64,000 nt of DNA from contig CAVVUS010000012.1 in assembly GCA_963751345.1 (NCBI GenBank), positions 17,982 to 81,981 on the forward strand, written 5' to 3'. Position numbers and translations under genes: made by a program. This stretch comes from an uncultured Chloroflexia bacterium. Lineage in GTDB: Bacteria; Chloroflexota; Anaerolineae; B4-G1; SLSP01. The notes beneath the pieces are model-generated. The model made no database searches. It was given only the letters and a program-made list of their open reading frames with translations, and was not told where the DNA came from. Positions 11,125 through 22,989 of the stretch are shown one piece after another. Position 1 is the stretch's first letter; every line of letters starts with the position of its first letter.

Positions 11125-12425
11125 CTAGACCTCTATCCCGCTTCCGACCACCAGGTGCTTCCGGTATTCCTTGGGCAGCGAAATCAAGCCAAAGCTCCCC
11201 GACAGCAGGTGATTCTTGAACTGACTGACATCAGCCTGGTCACGAATCAACCCGGTGTAAATGCCGGCCCGATCGATCTCATTCATGAAGACCGCCCCTA
11301 CCAGGCGATGGCCTCGCAGGACGAGCTTCTTGTAAACCAACGATTCACGGTCGTAGTCGTCGATGATCTCGTAGCGCTCGCCATCCTGCGGTGGGTCGGT
11401 GAGCCCCACGGAGATCGTGGGTACGTCGCACACACTGATCGAGTTCATCGGGAACCCACCCTCGTACGTGCGCTCCACCCCAGCCATGTTGGCACCGGCG
11501 ACGTGGCCTTGGCGATAGGCCAGCGGCCAGATCGCGATCTGGCGATAGGCGTCCACCAGCTTGTCGTAAGCTTCGACACAGTCGCCGGCTGCGTAGACAT
11601 CCGGGGCCGTGGTGCGCATATGCTCGTCCACACGGATGCCCCGCTCAACGCGGATGCCCGCACCCGCCGGAATCATACTCGTATTGGGACGCACGCCGAT
11701 GGCGAAGATGACCATGTCGGTGTCCAGCCGTTCTCCATCATTGAGCAGCGCGTGATCGACCCGCCCACCTCGCCGACCGCCCACGGCGGCATGATCTCCG
11801 TCACCGTTGTCTTGGTCTTGATCTCCACACCCTCGCGACGCAGGATGATCTCGGCCAATCTCGAGGCCGTGGGATCGAAGATGGTGCTCAGCACCCGGTC
11901 AGCGAGCTCCACGACCGTGACCCGGATCCCCCGTGCGAGCAACGCCTCAATGGTCTTGAGCCCGATCAACCCCGCGCCGATGACCAAGGCCGACTTCACG
12001 TGAACCTCATCGATGTAGCGACCGATCTTCCGAGCGTCATCCCACGTGCCGAAGGTGAAGACCCCCTGCAGATCGGAGCCGGCAACCGGCGGAACAAAGG
12101 GCTTGCCCCCCGTCGCGATCAGCAGCCGGTCGTAAGGTAGGGTCCCTCCACCGGCCAGGGAAACGACACGCTGCTGTGGGGCGACCTCGGTCACTTCCAC
12201 GCCCAACAGCGTCTCGACCCGGTTGGCCTCGTAGAAATCCGCAGGGCGATAGCTCATTCGAGACTCATCCACCAATCCCCCCAACAGGTAGGAGATCAGG
12301 GGGCGTGAGTATGTGTGATGGGGCTCATCGGCAACGATGGTGATGGCGCTTTCCTGGTCGTGGTGACGGATGCCCTCAACACACCCAATGGCTGCCGCAG
12401 AATTGCCGATAATGACGTGTCTCAT
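11125..12425 (-). CDS. NAD(P)/FAD-dependent oxidoreductase (NirB/rubredoxin-reductase-like); frameshift near 11780
   Basis: IIGNSAAA, YSRPLIS, LLIATGG, VIGAGLIG, VYAAGDC. Confidence 0.88.
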
Positions 12426-12886
12426 CGCTTCTCCCCTTCCGCGACCGGAGCATCCACAAAGGTCAGCGCCTCGTTGGGACAGTTGGCCACGCAGACCGGC
12501 ATCTCTTCACCGTAGCAGAGATCGCATTTCGAGGCCACCTTGTTCCCGACCAGGTTCCGCTGGATCGCGCCGAACGGACAGACCATCACGCACATCCAGC
12601 ACCCCACACACCGATCCTCGTCGCAGAGCACCGCCCCGGTCTCCTCGTCACGATGCATCGCCCCGACCATGCAGGCTTCGATACAGGGCGCATCCTCACA
12701 GTGCCGGCATTGCATCGCGAAGGAAAGCGGGCCCTCCTCCTCGACCAGCACCCGCGCCAGCGCCCGGGGAGCCTCCTCCTTGAAGGCCTTGATGATCTTC
12801 TTCGACCGCGAATGCTGTACTGCACAGTGGATCTCGCACAAGCGGCAACCAATACAGTATTCCTCGTTGACGTAGATCTGCTTCAT
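12422..12886 (-). CDS. 4Fe-4S dicluster electron-transfer protein (CooF/HydN-like)
   Basis: CIGCRLCEIHC, CRHCEDAPCIEAC, CVGCWMCVMVCP, KCDLC..CVANCP. Confidence 0.92.
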   Translation of the reverse strand: MKQIYVNEEYCIGCRLCEIHCAVQHSRSKKIIKAFKEEAPRALARVLVEEEGPLSFAMQCRHCEDAPCIEACMVGAMHRDEETGAVLCDEDRCVGCWMCVMVCPFGAIQRNLVGNKVASKCDLCYGEEMPVCVANCPNEALTFVDAPVAEGEKR

Positions 12887-12903
12887 CGCTCTCCTCCCCG
12901 GTC

Positions 12904-14421
<1,518 letters not shown>

Positions 14422-14475
14422 TGCTTTCCCCCTCGTCGCAGAACGTTGAGCCAACTTTATTGGGTACGACCAACA

Positions 14476-15180
14476 CTATGACGAAACCGGCGACAACTCC
14501 GGCGTCTGCAGGCGGTTTTCGAGAATCGAGAAGTGCTTGACCAGCGTCTCCTTGCCTTCGTACGGTCGGTGCGCCCTCAGTGCGTCGACCATCGCGCGGT
14601 GGCTGGACCACATCTCCTCGTAGTAGGTGAGTTCGAAGTAATGGTGTAGCTCCACTGCCTCATAGGCATCCCAATAGGCCCTCAGAAGCCCCTGGACAAA
14701 AGGGTTGTCCAGCTTGGCGAAGATCGCGAGATGCAGTTGCCGGTGTTCGGCGTGGGGTATCCGGATCGGCGTGCCCACAAGCTTGCGCTGTGCGCTCTCG
14801 ACGATCCGGTCGAGCTGATCGAGATCCTCTTGATCCAGGGCTTGCGTGGCTTCGTCCCAGAAGGCAACCTCCAGATAGGCCCGCAGCTTCCGAAATGCCT
14901 CGAAATTGGTCCTGTCGCACGCGATGCTATACAGGACGGCAGGGCGAATGGCGGCGTAGAAGTCAAAGGGGTGGACGTAGGTACCATCGCCAGGTCGCAT
15001 CTCGATGACGCCATAGGCCTGTGCGGCGATAAGCTCCTCACGCAGCTTGCCACGGCTGATTCCCATTTCCTTTGCGAGATCGCCAAGCGAAGGCAGCTTG
15101 ACAGGCTCATCGTCACAAGAAGACGGCCCCGCGTCCACCAAGTACTGCGTGATGCTCTGCATGAAGGAGACTTCGTTCAC
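14476..15180 (-). CDS. FadR/GntR-family transcriptional regulator (FCD domain)
   Basis: LPSLGDLAKEMGISRGKLREEL...RPGDGTYV wHTH; HRQLHLAI..DNP FCD. Confidence 0.9.
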   Translation of the reverse strand: MNEVSFMQSITQYLVDAGPSSCDDEPVKLPSLGDLAKEMGISRGKLREELIAAQAYGVIEMRPGDGTYVHPFDFYAAIRPAVLYSIACDRTNFEAFRKLRAYLEVAFWDEATQALDQEDLDQLDRIVESAQRKLVGTPIRIPHAEHRQLHLAIFAKLDNPFVQGLLRAYWDAYEAVELHHYFELTYYEEMWSSHRAMVDALRAHRPYEGKETLVKHFSILENRLQTPELSPVSS

Positions 15181-15195
15181 TTCTTCCCCCAATCG

Positions 15196-15259
15196 ATTGT
15201 ACCTGAACCAATAGATCCGAAAGGTCGAACGATTATACCGGTACAATGGGGGTTGTCAA
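15196..15259 (-). promoter_or_regulatory. Sigma70 promoter for the regulator/glutamate synthase operon, with candidate operators
   Basis: Minus strand TTGACA (15254-59)-16 bp-TATAAT (15232-37); near-palindrome TTGTACCGGTATAA overlaps it and a second GTACAAT site lies at 15196-15203. Confidence 0.75.
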
Positions 15260-15533
15260 GGGGAAAACCGGTGGAATTCAGGTCACTTCAAGGGCGAGAT
15301 AGCCGGGGATGCAGGCCGTGGGGGCGCGCGCAAACCACAGGCACCAGAGGTACGCCTAGAGGCAGTAGTCGTCCCGATGTTTGGTGACACCGCGGAAAGC
15401 GTAGAGCGCGGCGACAAACCCTATCAAATGAGGTCTCTCGTCATACCGTTCTTCGACATCTTCCCCACTTGCGCTAACACCACGCCACTTTATCATACCT
15501 GAGCGGACGGCTATCCTTGCTGGAGAGGTGTGT

Positions 15534-16337
15534 ATGAACCTACCCCTACTCAAAGTCATCTTCGCCGCTGTCGTCTTTGCCACCGGCAGCGTGGGGGTGT
15601 CGCTCCCCTGGATTCTACAGGCAAACGCGGTCAACGATCGTCTCAGAGCCTGGGGAAATGCGTTTTCCGCGGGCGTGCTCGGGGGAGCCGGGCTGATCCA
15701 CCTGCTGGACGCCGCGGTCACCGGCTTCCGGACCGCCGCACCGGGACTGACCTATCCCCTTGCGTTTGTCCTCGCGGGTGGCGGATTCCTGCTGATCCTG
15801 CTCATCGAAGAAGTCATCGTCTCCCACCCCGAGGAAGCGGGCCACTCCGCGCATGGCGCACTGGCCAGGACCGACGAACGAGAAGGCGACGGCGCGCTCC
15901 CATTTGTCCTGCTGCTGGTCCTGTCGATCCACTCCGTCATCGTCGGCACGGCCCTCGGCGCGCAGCACGCACTTGGTACCGCGGCCATCGTGTTTGCCGC
16001 AGTTATGGCTCACAAGGCAACGGCCGGGTTTGCCTTGGGTGTCGCCTATCAGCGGGCCGGCTTCACGCCCCGGCAGACCCTACCTGAGGCAGCGCTTTTC
16101 GCAAGCATGACACCGCTCGGGATTCTCATTGGCACGGGGATCAGTGCGCTGACCTCGTCCACCGGGGCACTATGGTTCGAGTCGGTCTTCGACTCTCTGG
16201 GCGCAGGGACCTTCGTCTATATCGCCACACTCGACATCCTGCGGACCGAGTTCGACAGGCCGGGCGACCGTTGGCAGAAATGGCTGGCTACCACTTTGGG
16301 GTTCGGCACCATGGCGATCGTGGCGATATGGATATAG
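15534..16337 (+). CDS. ZIP-family metal (zinc/iron) transporter
   Basis: FSAGVLGGAGLIHLL, LSIHSVIVG, AHK, MTPLG, AGTFVYIA. Confidence 0.9.
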   Translation: MNLPLLKVIFAAVVFATGSVGVSLPWILQANAVNDRLRAWGNAFSAGVLGGAGLIHLLDAAVTGFRTAAPGLTYPLAFVLAGGGFLLILLIEEVIVSHPEEAGHSAHGALARTDEREGDGALPFVLLLVLSIHSVIVGTALGAQHALGTAAIVFAAVMAHKATAGFALGVAYQRAGFTPRQTLPEAALFASMTPLGILIGTGISALTSSTGALWFESVFDSLGAGTFVYIATLDILRTEFDRPGDRWQKWLATTLGFGTMAIVAIWI

Positions 16338-16386
16338 GCGCTCGAACCGTAGGGACGGTTCGTCTCTCCCGACGACTCACGACGTA

Positions 16387-17351
16387 ATGGCCGTAGACTG
16401 GCAAGAGCGATTCACACAGGAATCCCTGGCTCTGGTGGATAGCTTTCTTGCGAGCCACCCCGGCTATTCGCGGCAGGGCGTCGCCCAGCCGGGCCAGGGT
16501 TCAACCAACCGGATCATCTTTGCACGTCACCGCAACGACATCGTCGTCTTCAAGGTATTCTGTGAGGCCGAGCGCAAGGAGCGTGAGTACTTCGCTCTCC
16601 GTCACTGGCGCAGGACTGGGCTCGTGCCGAGGCTGATCTGGGACGCCGGACCGCGGATGATCGCGATGTCGTATGTACCAGGGTCAGTGGCTTCACACGG
16701 CGCGCACCAGCGAGGGGGATGTGGCCTGGCGCGATGCCTGTCGCGACACAGGGCGTGCCGTGGCGGAGCTCACGAAGGTACCCCTCGATGCCGAGGATCG
16801 GATATCGTTCGAGTCACGGTTCTACGGCGACCTGGGGACCCTTGAGGCGTATCTCGGACGGATCATCGACCTGGGACACTCTATCGCTGCCCGCGATCCG
16901 GAGTTCGGTGACGCGTTCTGGCATCGGGATCTCGACTTCATCGAGAGCCCGCTTGACAGGCTCCTATCGGAGCCTCGCGCCCTGTACCATCAAGACGTGT
17001 CCAACTTCCACGTGCAGAAGGGCGAGTTTATGGGCTTCTTTGACCTCGAGATGTGCCGGGTTGGATGTGCAAGCATGCAGCTGGGCGCCGCAGCGTGCAT
17101 GTTCCTGGGCGAGTCGGTGGGCTGGGCCCACTTCCGGGAAGGATATGAAGCAGTCAGACGACAGCCTCTGAGTCGCGACGAGCGGCGAGCGGCGGCTGCC
17201 GCCGAGCCATCTCCTGTGCTGGCGCGAGATCAGTCGCTATCTGAGCTATGACGGCACACCCGGCACCGGATACGACTGGGCCACGCCGGCCGATCCTACG
17301 CGCTATAGGCAAACGATCGAGGGCATCAACGCTCTGCTCGGCGTGGACTAG
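16387..17351 (+). CDS. Aminoglycoside phosphotransferase/kinase-like protein; frameshifted
   Basis: GQGSTN loop, VVFKVF, LYHQDVSNF, FFDLE. Confidence 0.7.
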
Positions 17352-17399
17352 GCTGGTCTGCCCTATGGCGTCGACCCGGAAGGGCTCCCAGACAGGACT

Positions 17400-18347
17400 C
17401 TACATCGTCCAGGGCTCCGCACGGACGTCGGTCTCATCGGACCAGCGATACTGGAGCGCCACGATCTCGTCGCGGATATCGTCAGGAAGCGGCTGGATAT
17501 CCTGGGCAGCAGCGATGAACTCCTGTAGATGGCTCAAGCGACCCGTCGAGCCTACGGTAGTACGTACCTGTGGAAAGCTGTGGGCGAAACGCACGCAGAA
17601 CTCCGTCCAACTGCCGATGCCGGAGCGCTCGAAGATCGGCGCCACCTCGACCGCCCGCTTCTGAAGGTAGTCCTTCCAAGCTGCGCCCGGCACATCGCGC
17701 AGCCGGTGCACAGGGCCGCCGGAGACCGTACGCATGGCGACGATCGGCTCGTCCCGCTCGATCAACATATCCCAGAGCTCGTTGGACGCGAAGCGCTGCA
17801 GGGGGTTGAGATAGAAGATGTAACCGTCGACGATGCCCTCGGGATAGCCGGCGCGCAGCGCCTTGAGCGGCGTCTCGGACGTCCAGGGGAAGACCTCAAC
17901 GACGAAGCGTTCCACGAGCCCTTCATCTTTGATGCGGGCAAAGCCGTCATAGCACGGCCCGCCGTTGGCGAACTCCTCGGCGAGCTGTCCGCCCAGGCAC
18001 AACTGCCCCAGATCCAGACTCTCCACCCCCAGCGGTTCCAGGTTCTGGCGAATGACGTCCCGGAGCTCGTCGATCGTATTCCACCCGATCTTGACGATCA
18101 GCTTGGGGACGCGGCTGCGGTCTTGATCGAAAGCCGCCCGCAGAACCTGCAACGCATTGCCGTAAGTGTGGCTGGTGTGGAACCACATATCCGTCGGGAA
18201 GTCTGCGGCAGCATCCATCGCTGCACGGGCAACCGCCACCCGTTCGTCAAACGGGATATGGTCATCCCCAAGGCGTGTTGTACCGTAGACGTATGGAGAG
18301 AGGTCACTCAAGAGGCTCGACTTCGGTGATACAGCATTCTCATTCAT
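17400..18347 (-). CDS. Aldo/keto reductase family protein (divergent)
   Basis: 315-aa ORF; YGTTRLG, FHTSHTYG, LIVKIG, TVGSTGRLSHLQEF. Confidence 0.7.
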   Translation of the reverse strand: MNENAVSPKSSLLSDLSPYVYGTTRLGDDHIPFDERVAVARAAMDAAADFPTDMWFHTSHTYGNALQVLRAAFDQDRSRVPKLIVKIGWNTIDELRDVIRQNLEPLGVESLDLGQLCLGGQLAEEFANGGPCYDGFARIKDEGLVERFVVEVFPWTSETPLKALRAGYPEGIVDGYIFYLNPLQRFASNELWDMLIERDEPIVAMRTVSGGPVHRLRDVPGAAWKDYLQKRAVEVAPIFERSGIGSWTEFCVRFAHSFPQVRTTVGSTGRLSHLQEFIAAAQDIQPLPDDIRDEIVALQYRWSDETDVRAEPWTM

Positions 18348-18404
18348 CTGCTTCCTCCTGGCTCATAGTGGTAAAGAAACGCGGTGACATAGGCACGGAA
18401 CGGC

Positions 18405-18860
18405 CTACAACCACAGGTTAAGCAACGCCTCGCCACAGCTCCCGGCCTGCACCGGCTCCCTTCCGGTGGCGACCATTAGCGAGCGCCCGTCGGCACCCAG
18501 ATCCCACAGCCTGCCGCAGAGAAAGACGTTGATACCCGCCCTCGCGCCGCTCTCGAGGATCCTGCCCTCCAGGGCATACGTTCGCCACGCCTGGCCCTCG
18601 GTGAGCTTGCCGATATCGCCCTTGTCGACATCCGCGGGAGCGGAGGAGCCGTCGTAGCCGCGCCACGCCGTGTCCCACGCACCATCGTGCGTGACGTAAG
18701 AAGGGACCGCAAGCAGCTCGACGCCTTGAGACTTGAGGCGCGCATACGGTGGCGGATACCACGAATCAGCACAGATCAGCACGCCCAGCCGGCCGGCAGG
18801 GGTATCGAATACGGGCAGATCCTCAGGACTGGCAGGTGTTAGGGACGCGTTGCCATTCAT
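18405..18860 (-). pseudogene. C-terminal fragment of a carbon-nitrogen hydrolase (nitrilase family)
   Basis: LPVFDTPAGRLGVLICADSWYP catalytic Cys motif present; N-terminal Glu/Lys catalytic region absent. Confidence 0.7.
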
Positions 18861-19462
18861 CCGTGGGCCACTCCATCCGTGTAGCGGATCCAGATCTCAG
18901 TGTAGGTGTTGGACCCAACTACCTCCATCTGGCACGTTCGCTGCCCCTTCTCCCAAACAAGGAGGCGTCCCCAAGCCGTGTCCTGCTCTCGTGCAAGCTC
19001 CCACCCGTTGGCCGCCATCTGCTCTCGCAGATGCTCTTCGACTTGCCCGGGCTGGATGTCCACACGCTGGAAGCCTACGGCCTCGTCCACCCCGACACTG
19101 TAGGTCTCGACCAACGGATCGGAGTAGAGCGAGACATCGTCCGGCATCTGGTGTTTGTCGTTCACACCCGCTAGTCGCTCGCCCGTCGCCAGGGAGCCGC
19201 CCTCTGCCGGCGCGACACCGACGCCAGTCGGCGCAAGGTCCTCCTTGAGCCGGAACAGGTCGGCAGCCAGACCTACGACGGGATATTGCGCCTCCCAAAC
19301 CGGTAGCTGGCGCTCAAGATAGGCTCGGCCCAAAAGAAAAACACCTGCCGCGCTGACGATCGCCAGAATCGCGAGTACAGCGGTTGCGATGAGACAGGTC
19401 TGGAAGCAGCCGGACGGCTTTCTTGATCGAGATTCGACGGGGGGGGACGTCCTTGTGGCCAT
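18857..19462 (-). CDS. Membrane-anchored hypothetical protein
   Basis: Single TM after KPSGCFQTC; extracytoplasmic domain VEEHLREQMAANGWEL..LVWEKG. Confidence 0.7.
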   Translation of the reverse strand: MATRTSPPVESRSRKPSGCFQTCLIATAVLAILAIVSAAGVFLLGRAYLERQLPVWEAQYPVVGLAADLFRLKEDLAPTGVGVAPAEGGSLATGERLAGVNDKHQMPDDVSLYSDPLVETYSVGVDEAVGFQRVDIQPGQVEEHLREQMAANGWELAREQDTAWGRLLVWEKGQRTCQMEVVGSNTYTEIWIRYTDGVAHG

Positions 19463-19466
19463 CCGC

Positions 19467-20249
19467 CTACTCCCTGACGCCGAAGGTGTCATCGGCGAGA
19501 CGTTCAACTGTCATCCCCAGCGCGCGAAGGGCGCCAGCCGCCTGCTCCCGCACCGGATAGAGCGTGTAGGGACCGAGATCACCCGTCCCGGTGACGACGT
19601 AGTCATCCTGGAGCGCGGTCTCGAGCTGCGGGATGGCATCCGCGTCTCCCGCCTGTCCCAGGGCACGCGCGGCGTCCATACGCACGGTCGGATCGGAGGC
19701 CCCAGTCACCAGGTCGCGGACCTGGGGTACGGCTTGCTGATCCCCCAGATAGGCCAACGCGATGAGCAGATGCGACTGCAGCTCCCCCGATGCATCAGCG
19801 GCAGCCTTGCGCAGCTCCGGAATCGCGTCAGGCCCCAGTTCAGTGAGTGCGCGTGTCAGGTGCAGCTTCAGAAGAGACGACGCCGGCAGATAGCTATTCG
19901 CAGGTGCTGATCCTCCTGTGGGCTCGATTATCTCGCGATCCAACGCCTCGACCAGGTAACCAACCCGCGCCTCCAACGGGACGTCCCCGCGATCCGGCAG
20001 GCGCGATGCGACAGCCAGCCGCTGCGCCATGTCGCCGCCCTGCAAGTCCTGCGCGAGATCTTCGGCATTTGGCGTGGGCACGACGACCGCACCGTCAGCA
20101 GACGCGCCGTCCGCTTCGCCTACCGCAGTGTCGCCGGGCGGGGTGACCGTCTGACCAGCACCCGGGCCTGCCGGAAACCCTCCGCAGCGAACCGTCAGGA
20201 CCCCGGCGAGGAGGATGAGCGTGACGTAAGGCCGCAGGCCGCGCATCAT
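19467..20249 (-). CDS. Exported HEAT-repeat protein, possible lipoprotein
   Basis: Signal-like N-terminus ending LTVRC; VRMDAARALGQAGDADAIPQL and VREQAAGAL repeats. Confidence 0.75.
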   Translation of the reverse strand: MMRGLRPYVTLILLAGVLTVRCGGFPAGPGAGQTVTPPGDTAVGEADGASADGAVVVPTPNAEDLAQDLQGGDMAQRLAVASRLPDRGDVPLEARVGYLVEALDREIIEPTGGSAPANSYLPASSLLKLHLTRALTELGPDAIPELRKAAADASGELQSHLLIALAYLGDQQAVPQVRDLVTGASDPTVRMDAARALGQAGDADAIPQLETALQDDYVVTGTGDLGPYTLYPVREQAAGALRALGMTVERLADDTFGVRE

Positions 20250-21973
20250 TGACTGCCTCCGCTCTGCTTGCCGGGGTTGGCCCAGTCGACGCTGTTCGCC
20301 GAGCCGGACGGCCAGGTGTTCTCCTGAAGATAGGCCGGCACCTCGCTATCGCGCATCCCTATGCCGAACGTATCCCGGCTATGCGGATCGAGCCCGTAGC
20401 CCGCCTCGCGGCCGTCGGGCACCCGGTCACCGTCGCTGTCCCCGGCGGCCCTGTACCCGTTGGGCCACCAATCTTGATGGTTCTCCAGGTGGGTCCATTC
20501 GTGTAGGATGACCGAGGCGAACACGTCGATTCCCTCGGTCCGTTTGCCTGTAAGGATATTCGAGGACACAAAGTCAGGGCCAAGGTCGGTTAGGTAGATG
20601 TGATTGGCTTCCTCAGAACTGTAATAGCCGAGATAATAGCCCAGATTCTCCTTGTCCGTAGGGTCGTAGAGGATCGAATCGCCATGGCCTTGGCTGGCTC
20701 GGGTCTGCTTCCAATAGTAGAACCAGTTGGGAAACTCGCCACCGGGGTTGTTCGACGCATCCCGGGGGAAGAAGACGCGCACGCGCAGGGGCTGCGGATC
20801 CTCACACAGCCCAGGAGGATCGAAGTGGGCCCGGATGGTCTTCTCCCCGAAATCGGTGTTCTTGGCAGGGAGAGTCTCATAGCGTGCCGTCACCTCGCGA
20901 CCACGCCCGTCCTCCGGGTCGGTCGTCAACACGCTGCCCGGAATCTCAGGAAAGGTCCAGACCAGCTCATCCAGCAGCGTCCCGAGCGATCCCGGCTCGA
21001 CCCCCGCTTCCACCTTGAACTCCATGACGCCGGGGTCCGAATCATTGTAGGTAAGCACGGTGTCGGGTTCCGACGTGGTGATGAGGGCCGTACAGTCGGT
21101 CCTGAGCTCGTACTCGACCAGCACCTCATCGTCGAAGGCGTCACTCCACATCTCCACGGTGTAGTTCATCTCGTCGAGTGGGGCACGCCGTTGATAACTG
21201 ATGGTCCGATCCATACCCGGAGCCTCAACGATGGTCACTGGCGTGGGCATGCCGGCAGCCGAGAGCGGTACATCAAGGGCAGAGCCGTCCATGACCATCT
21301 CCCCACCCCGGCCCTCTATCGTGATCTCGAAGGTACCCCCCAGCCCCCCAAACACCGATGCTCCATCCACCGGCTCAGGATGGCTGATCTCCACGTCCAA
21401 CTCCCCCGAGGGCGGGTTGGCGCCACGGTCGATGCGCAGCGAGATGCGATCGGTCGCCGGATCGAGGGTGTGGGTACCCGATCCGGCGAAATCGTCACGA
21501 AGTGAGACTTCACCATCGCTTATATGTAGCGTGTTGGACGTACGCCATCGCACCGTCCCGCTCTGCAACTGAAACGTCCCGTCGTCAGCCTGGGTCAGAG
21601 CGAACGCCACCGTAGCCTCATAGGCACCTGCAACGGGGAGGTCCTCGGCGAGGTTGACGGGGATGCCCTGGTCCATCCACTCCCGAACGGTCTGCATGGC
21701 GGGCTGATCCTGGACAGCGGGTAGCTGCCCGACGAGGTCGACGACGTTGCGCAGGATGTTTTGGATCCGTGCGACAGCTACCGGCGCAGCAGCACCCACG
21801 AGGAGAGCACTGCCGATCCCGTACGGTGCCGCTGCCGGGCCCCGCATGCGGTAGTTGATGACCCCGCGATAGACGGTCGGATCTGCAGCGTCAACGGATA
21901 TGGGCACTGCGGAAAGGGGAACCAAGCCAATCGCCAATATGAGCGAAAACACCAACGATCCAACTCTATTCAT
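20246..21973 (-). CDS. Large secreted protein with C-terminal HExxH (zincin-like) domain and Ca-binding DxDxD motif
   Basis: Signal peptide MNRVGSLVFSLILAIGL..DAA; VILHEWTHLE; GDSDGDRVPDGRE. Confidence 0.7.
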   Translation of the reverse strand: MNRVGSLVFSLILAIGLVPLSAVPISVDAADPTVYRGVINYRMRGPAAAPYGIGSALLVGAAAPVAVARIQNILRNVVDLVGQLPAVQDQPAMQTVREWMDQGIPVNLAEDLPVAGAYEATVAFALTQADDGTFQLQSGTVRWRTSNTLHISDGEVSLRDDFAGSGTHTLDPATDRISLRIDRGANPPSGELDVEISHPEPVDGASVFGGLGGTFEITIEGRGGEMVMDGSALDVPLSAAGMPTPVTIVEAPGMDRTISYQRRAPLDEMNYTVEMWSDAFDDEVLVEYELRTDCTALITTSEPDTVLTYNDSDPGVMEFKVEAGVEPGSLGTLLDELVWTFPEIPGSVLTTDPEDGRGREVTARYETLPAKNTDFGEKTIRAHFDPPGLCEDPQPLRVRVFFPRDASNNPGGEFPNWFYYWKQTRASQGHGDSILYDPTDKENLGYYLGYYSSEEANHIYLTDLGPDFVSSNILTGKRTEGIDVFASVILHEWTHLENHQDWWPNGYRAAGDSDGDRVPDGREAGYGLDPHSRDTFGIGMRDSEVPAYLQENTWPSGSANSVDWANPGKQSGGSQ

Positions 21974-22037
21974 GCAGTCTCTCCGGGAATATGGAACACG
22001 ACGGGGCAAGTCTACAGTATTTTCCCGGACGGTCGAG

Positions 22038-22946
22038 CTATGAACTAAAGGCTTGCTTTCCATCCTCCGCATGCAGGAGCCCCACGACGGTCGCCCAGAC
22101 GTTGCGCAGCGCCGCACTCACCGGCCCATCTGCCGCGGCGATCGGCTCCCCACGAACCATCGCCTCGGTCACTGCGGGATCGTAGGGAAGCCGGCCGACC
22201 ACCGCGACGCCGCGTTCGGCACAAGCTGCCTCGATTGCCGAGGACTGAGCGGGACTGAGATCAGCCTTGTTGACTAGAACGACGGCGAGCACGCCGAAGT
22301 GGTCCGCGACGTCCAGGATGCGGTCCAGATCGTGAGCACCCGACACCGTCGGCTCCGTGACCACGAGCGCGACATCCGCGCCGGAGAGCGCCGCGATGAC
22401 CGGGCACCCGATGCCCGGCGGACCATCGACCAACAGCAAGTCGGCGCCTTCGTCGAGTGCGCGCAGTCTGGCGTGCTGCTTGACCAGGGCGACCAGTTTG
22501 CCTGAGTTCTCCTGCCCGGCGAAGAGGTGCGCGTGGTAAAGAGGCCCATACCGGGTAGCGGCCTTGCTCCACGTCCCCGCCTGCTGGGGGATCATCCGGA
22601 TCGCGTCCGCGGGGCAAGGGTAGACGCACGCGGCACATCCCTCACACGCCACCGGGTCCACGGCATAGTAGACATCGTTGCGGGGAACCACAGCGTCAAA
22701 ACGACAGACCTCGGCACAGCGCCCGCATGCAGTACAGAGGTAGGGGTCGATGGCTGCGACGTTGCCTCCGGCGAAATCATAGGTCGCTTCAACCGTCGGC
22801 GCGAGTACCAGACCGAGGTTGGCAGCATCCACGTCGGCATCGGCCAACACCACGCTCAGGGATCCTCCGGCAAGGTGGGCCAGCCCTGCCGCCACCGTGG
22901 TCTTGCCCGTGCCACCCTTACCGCTGAGAATGACGAGCTGCTTCAT
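22038..22946 (-). CDS. MinD/ParA-superfamily P-loop ATPase with inserted ferredoxin domain
   Basis: SGKGGTGKTT, DADVDAAN, CTACGRCAEVC, CEGCAAC..CP, DGPPGIGC. Confidence 0.92.
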   Translation of the reverse strand: MKQLVILSGKGGTGKTTVAAGLAHLAGGSLSVVLADADVDAANLGLVLAPTVEATYDFAGGNVAAIDPYLCTACGRCAEVCRFDAVVPRNDVYYAVDPVACEGCAACVYPCPADAIRMIPQQAGTWSKAATRYGPLYHAHLFAGQENSGKLVALVKQHARLRALDEGADLLLVDGPPGIGCPVIAALSGADVALVVTEPTVSGAHDLDRILDVADHFGVLAVVLVNKADLSPAQSSAIEAACAERGVAVVGRLPYDPAVTEAMVRGEPIAAADGPVSAALRNVWATVVGLLHAEDGKQAFSS

Positions 22947-22989
22947 CGCGTGCTGCCCAACCCGGTCCGACGTCCGGACCGGCCCGGTA

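Noticed and set aside
16387-17351. Bona fide aminoglycoside resistance gene (also the AAC(3)-like gene)
   Set aside because: Only fold-level motifs; these families include many non-resistance enzymes
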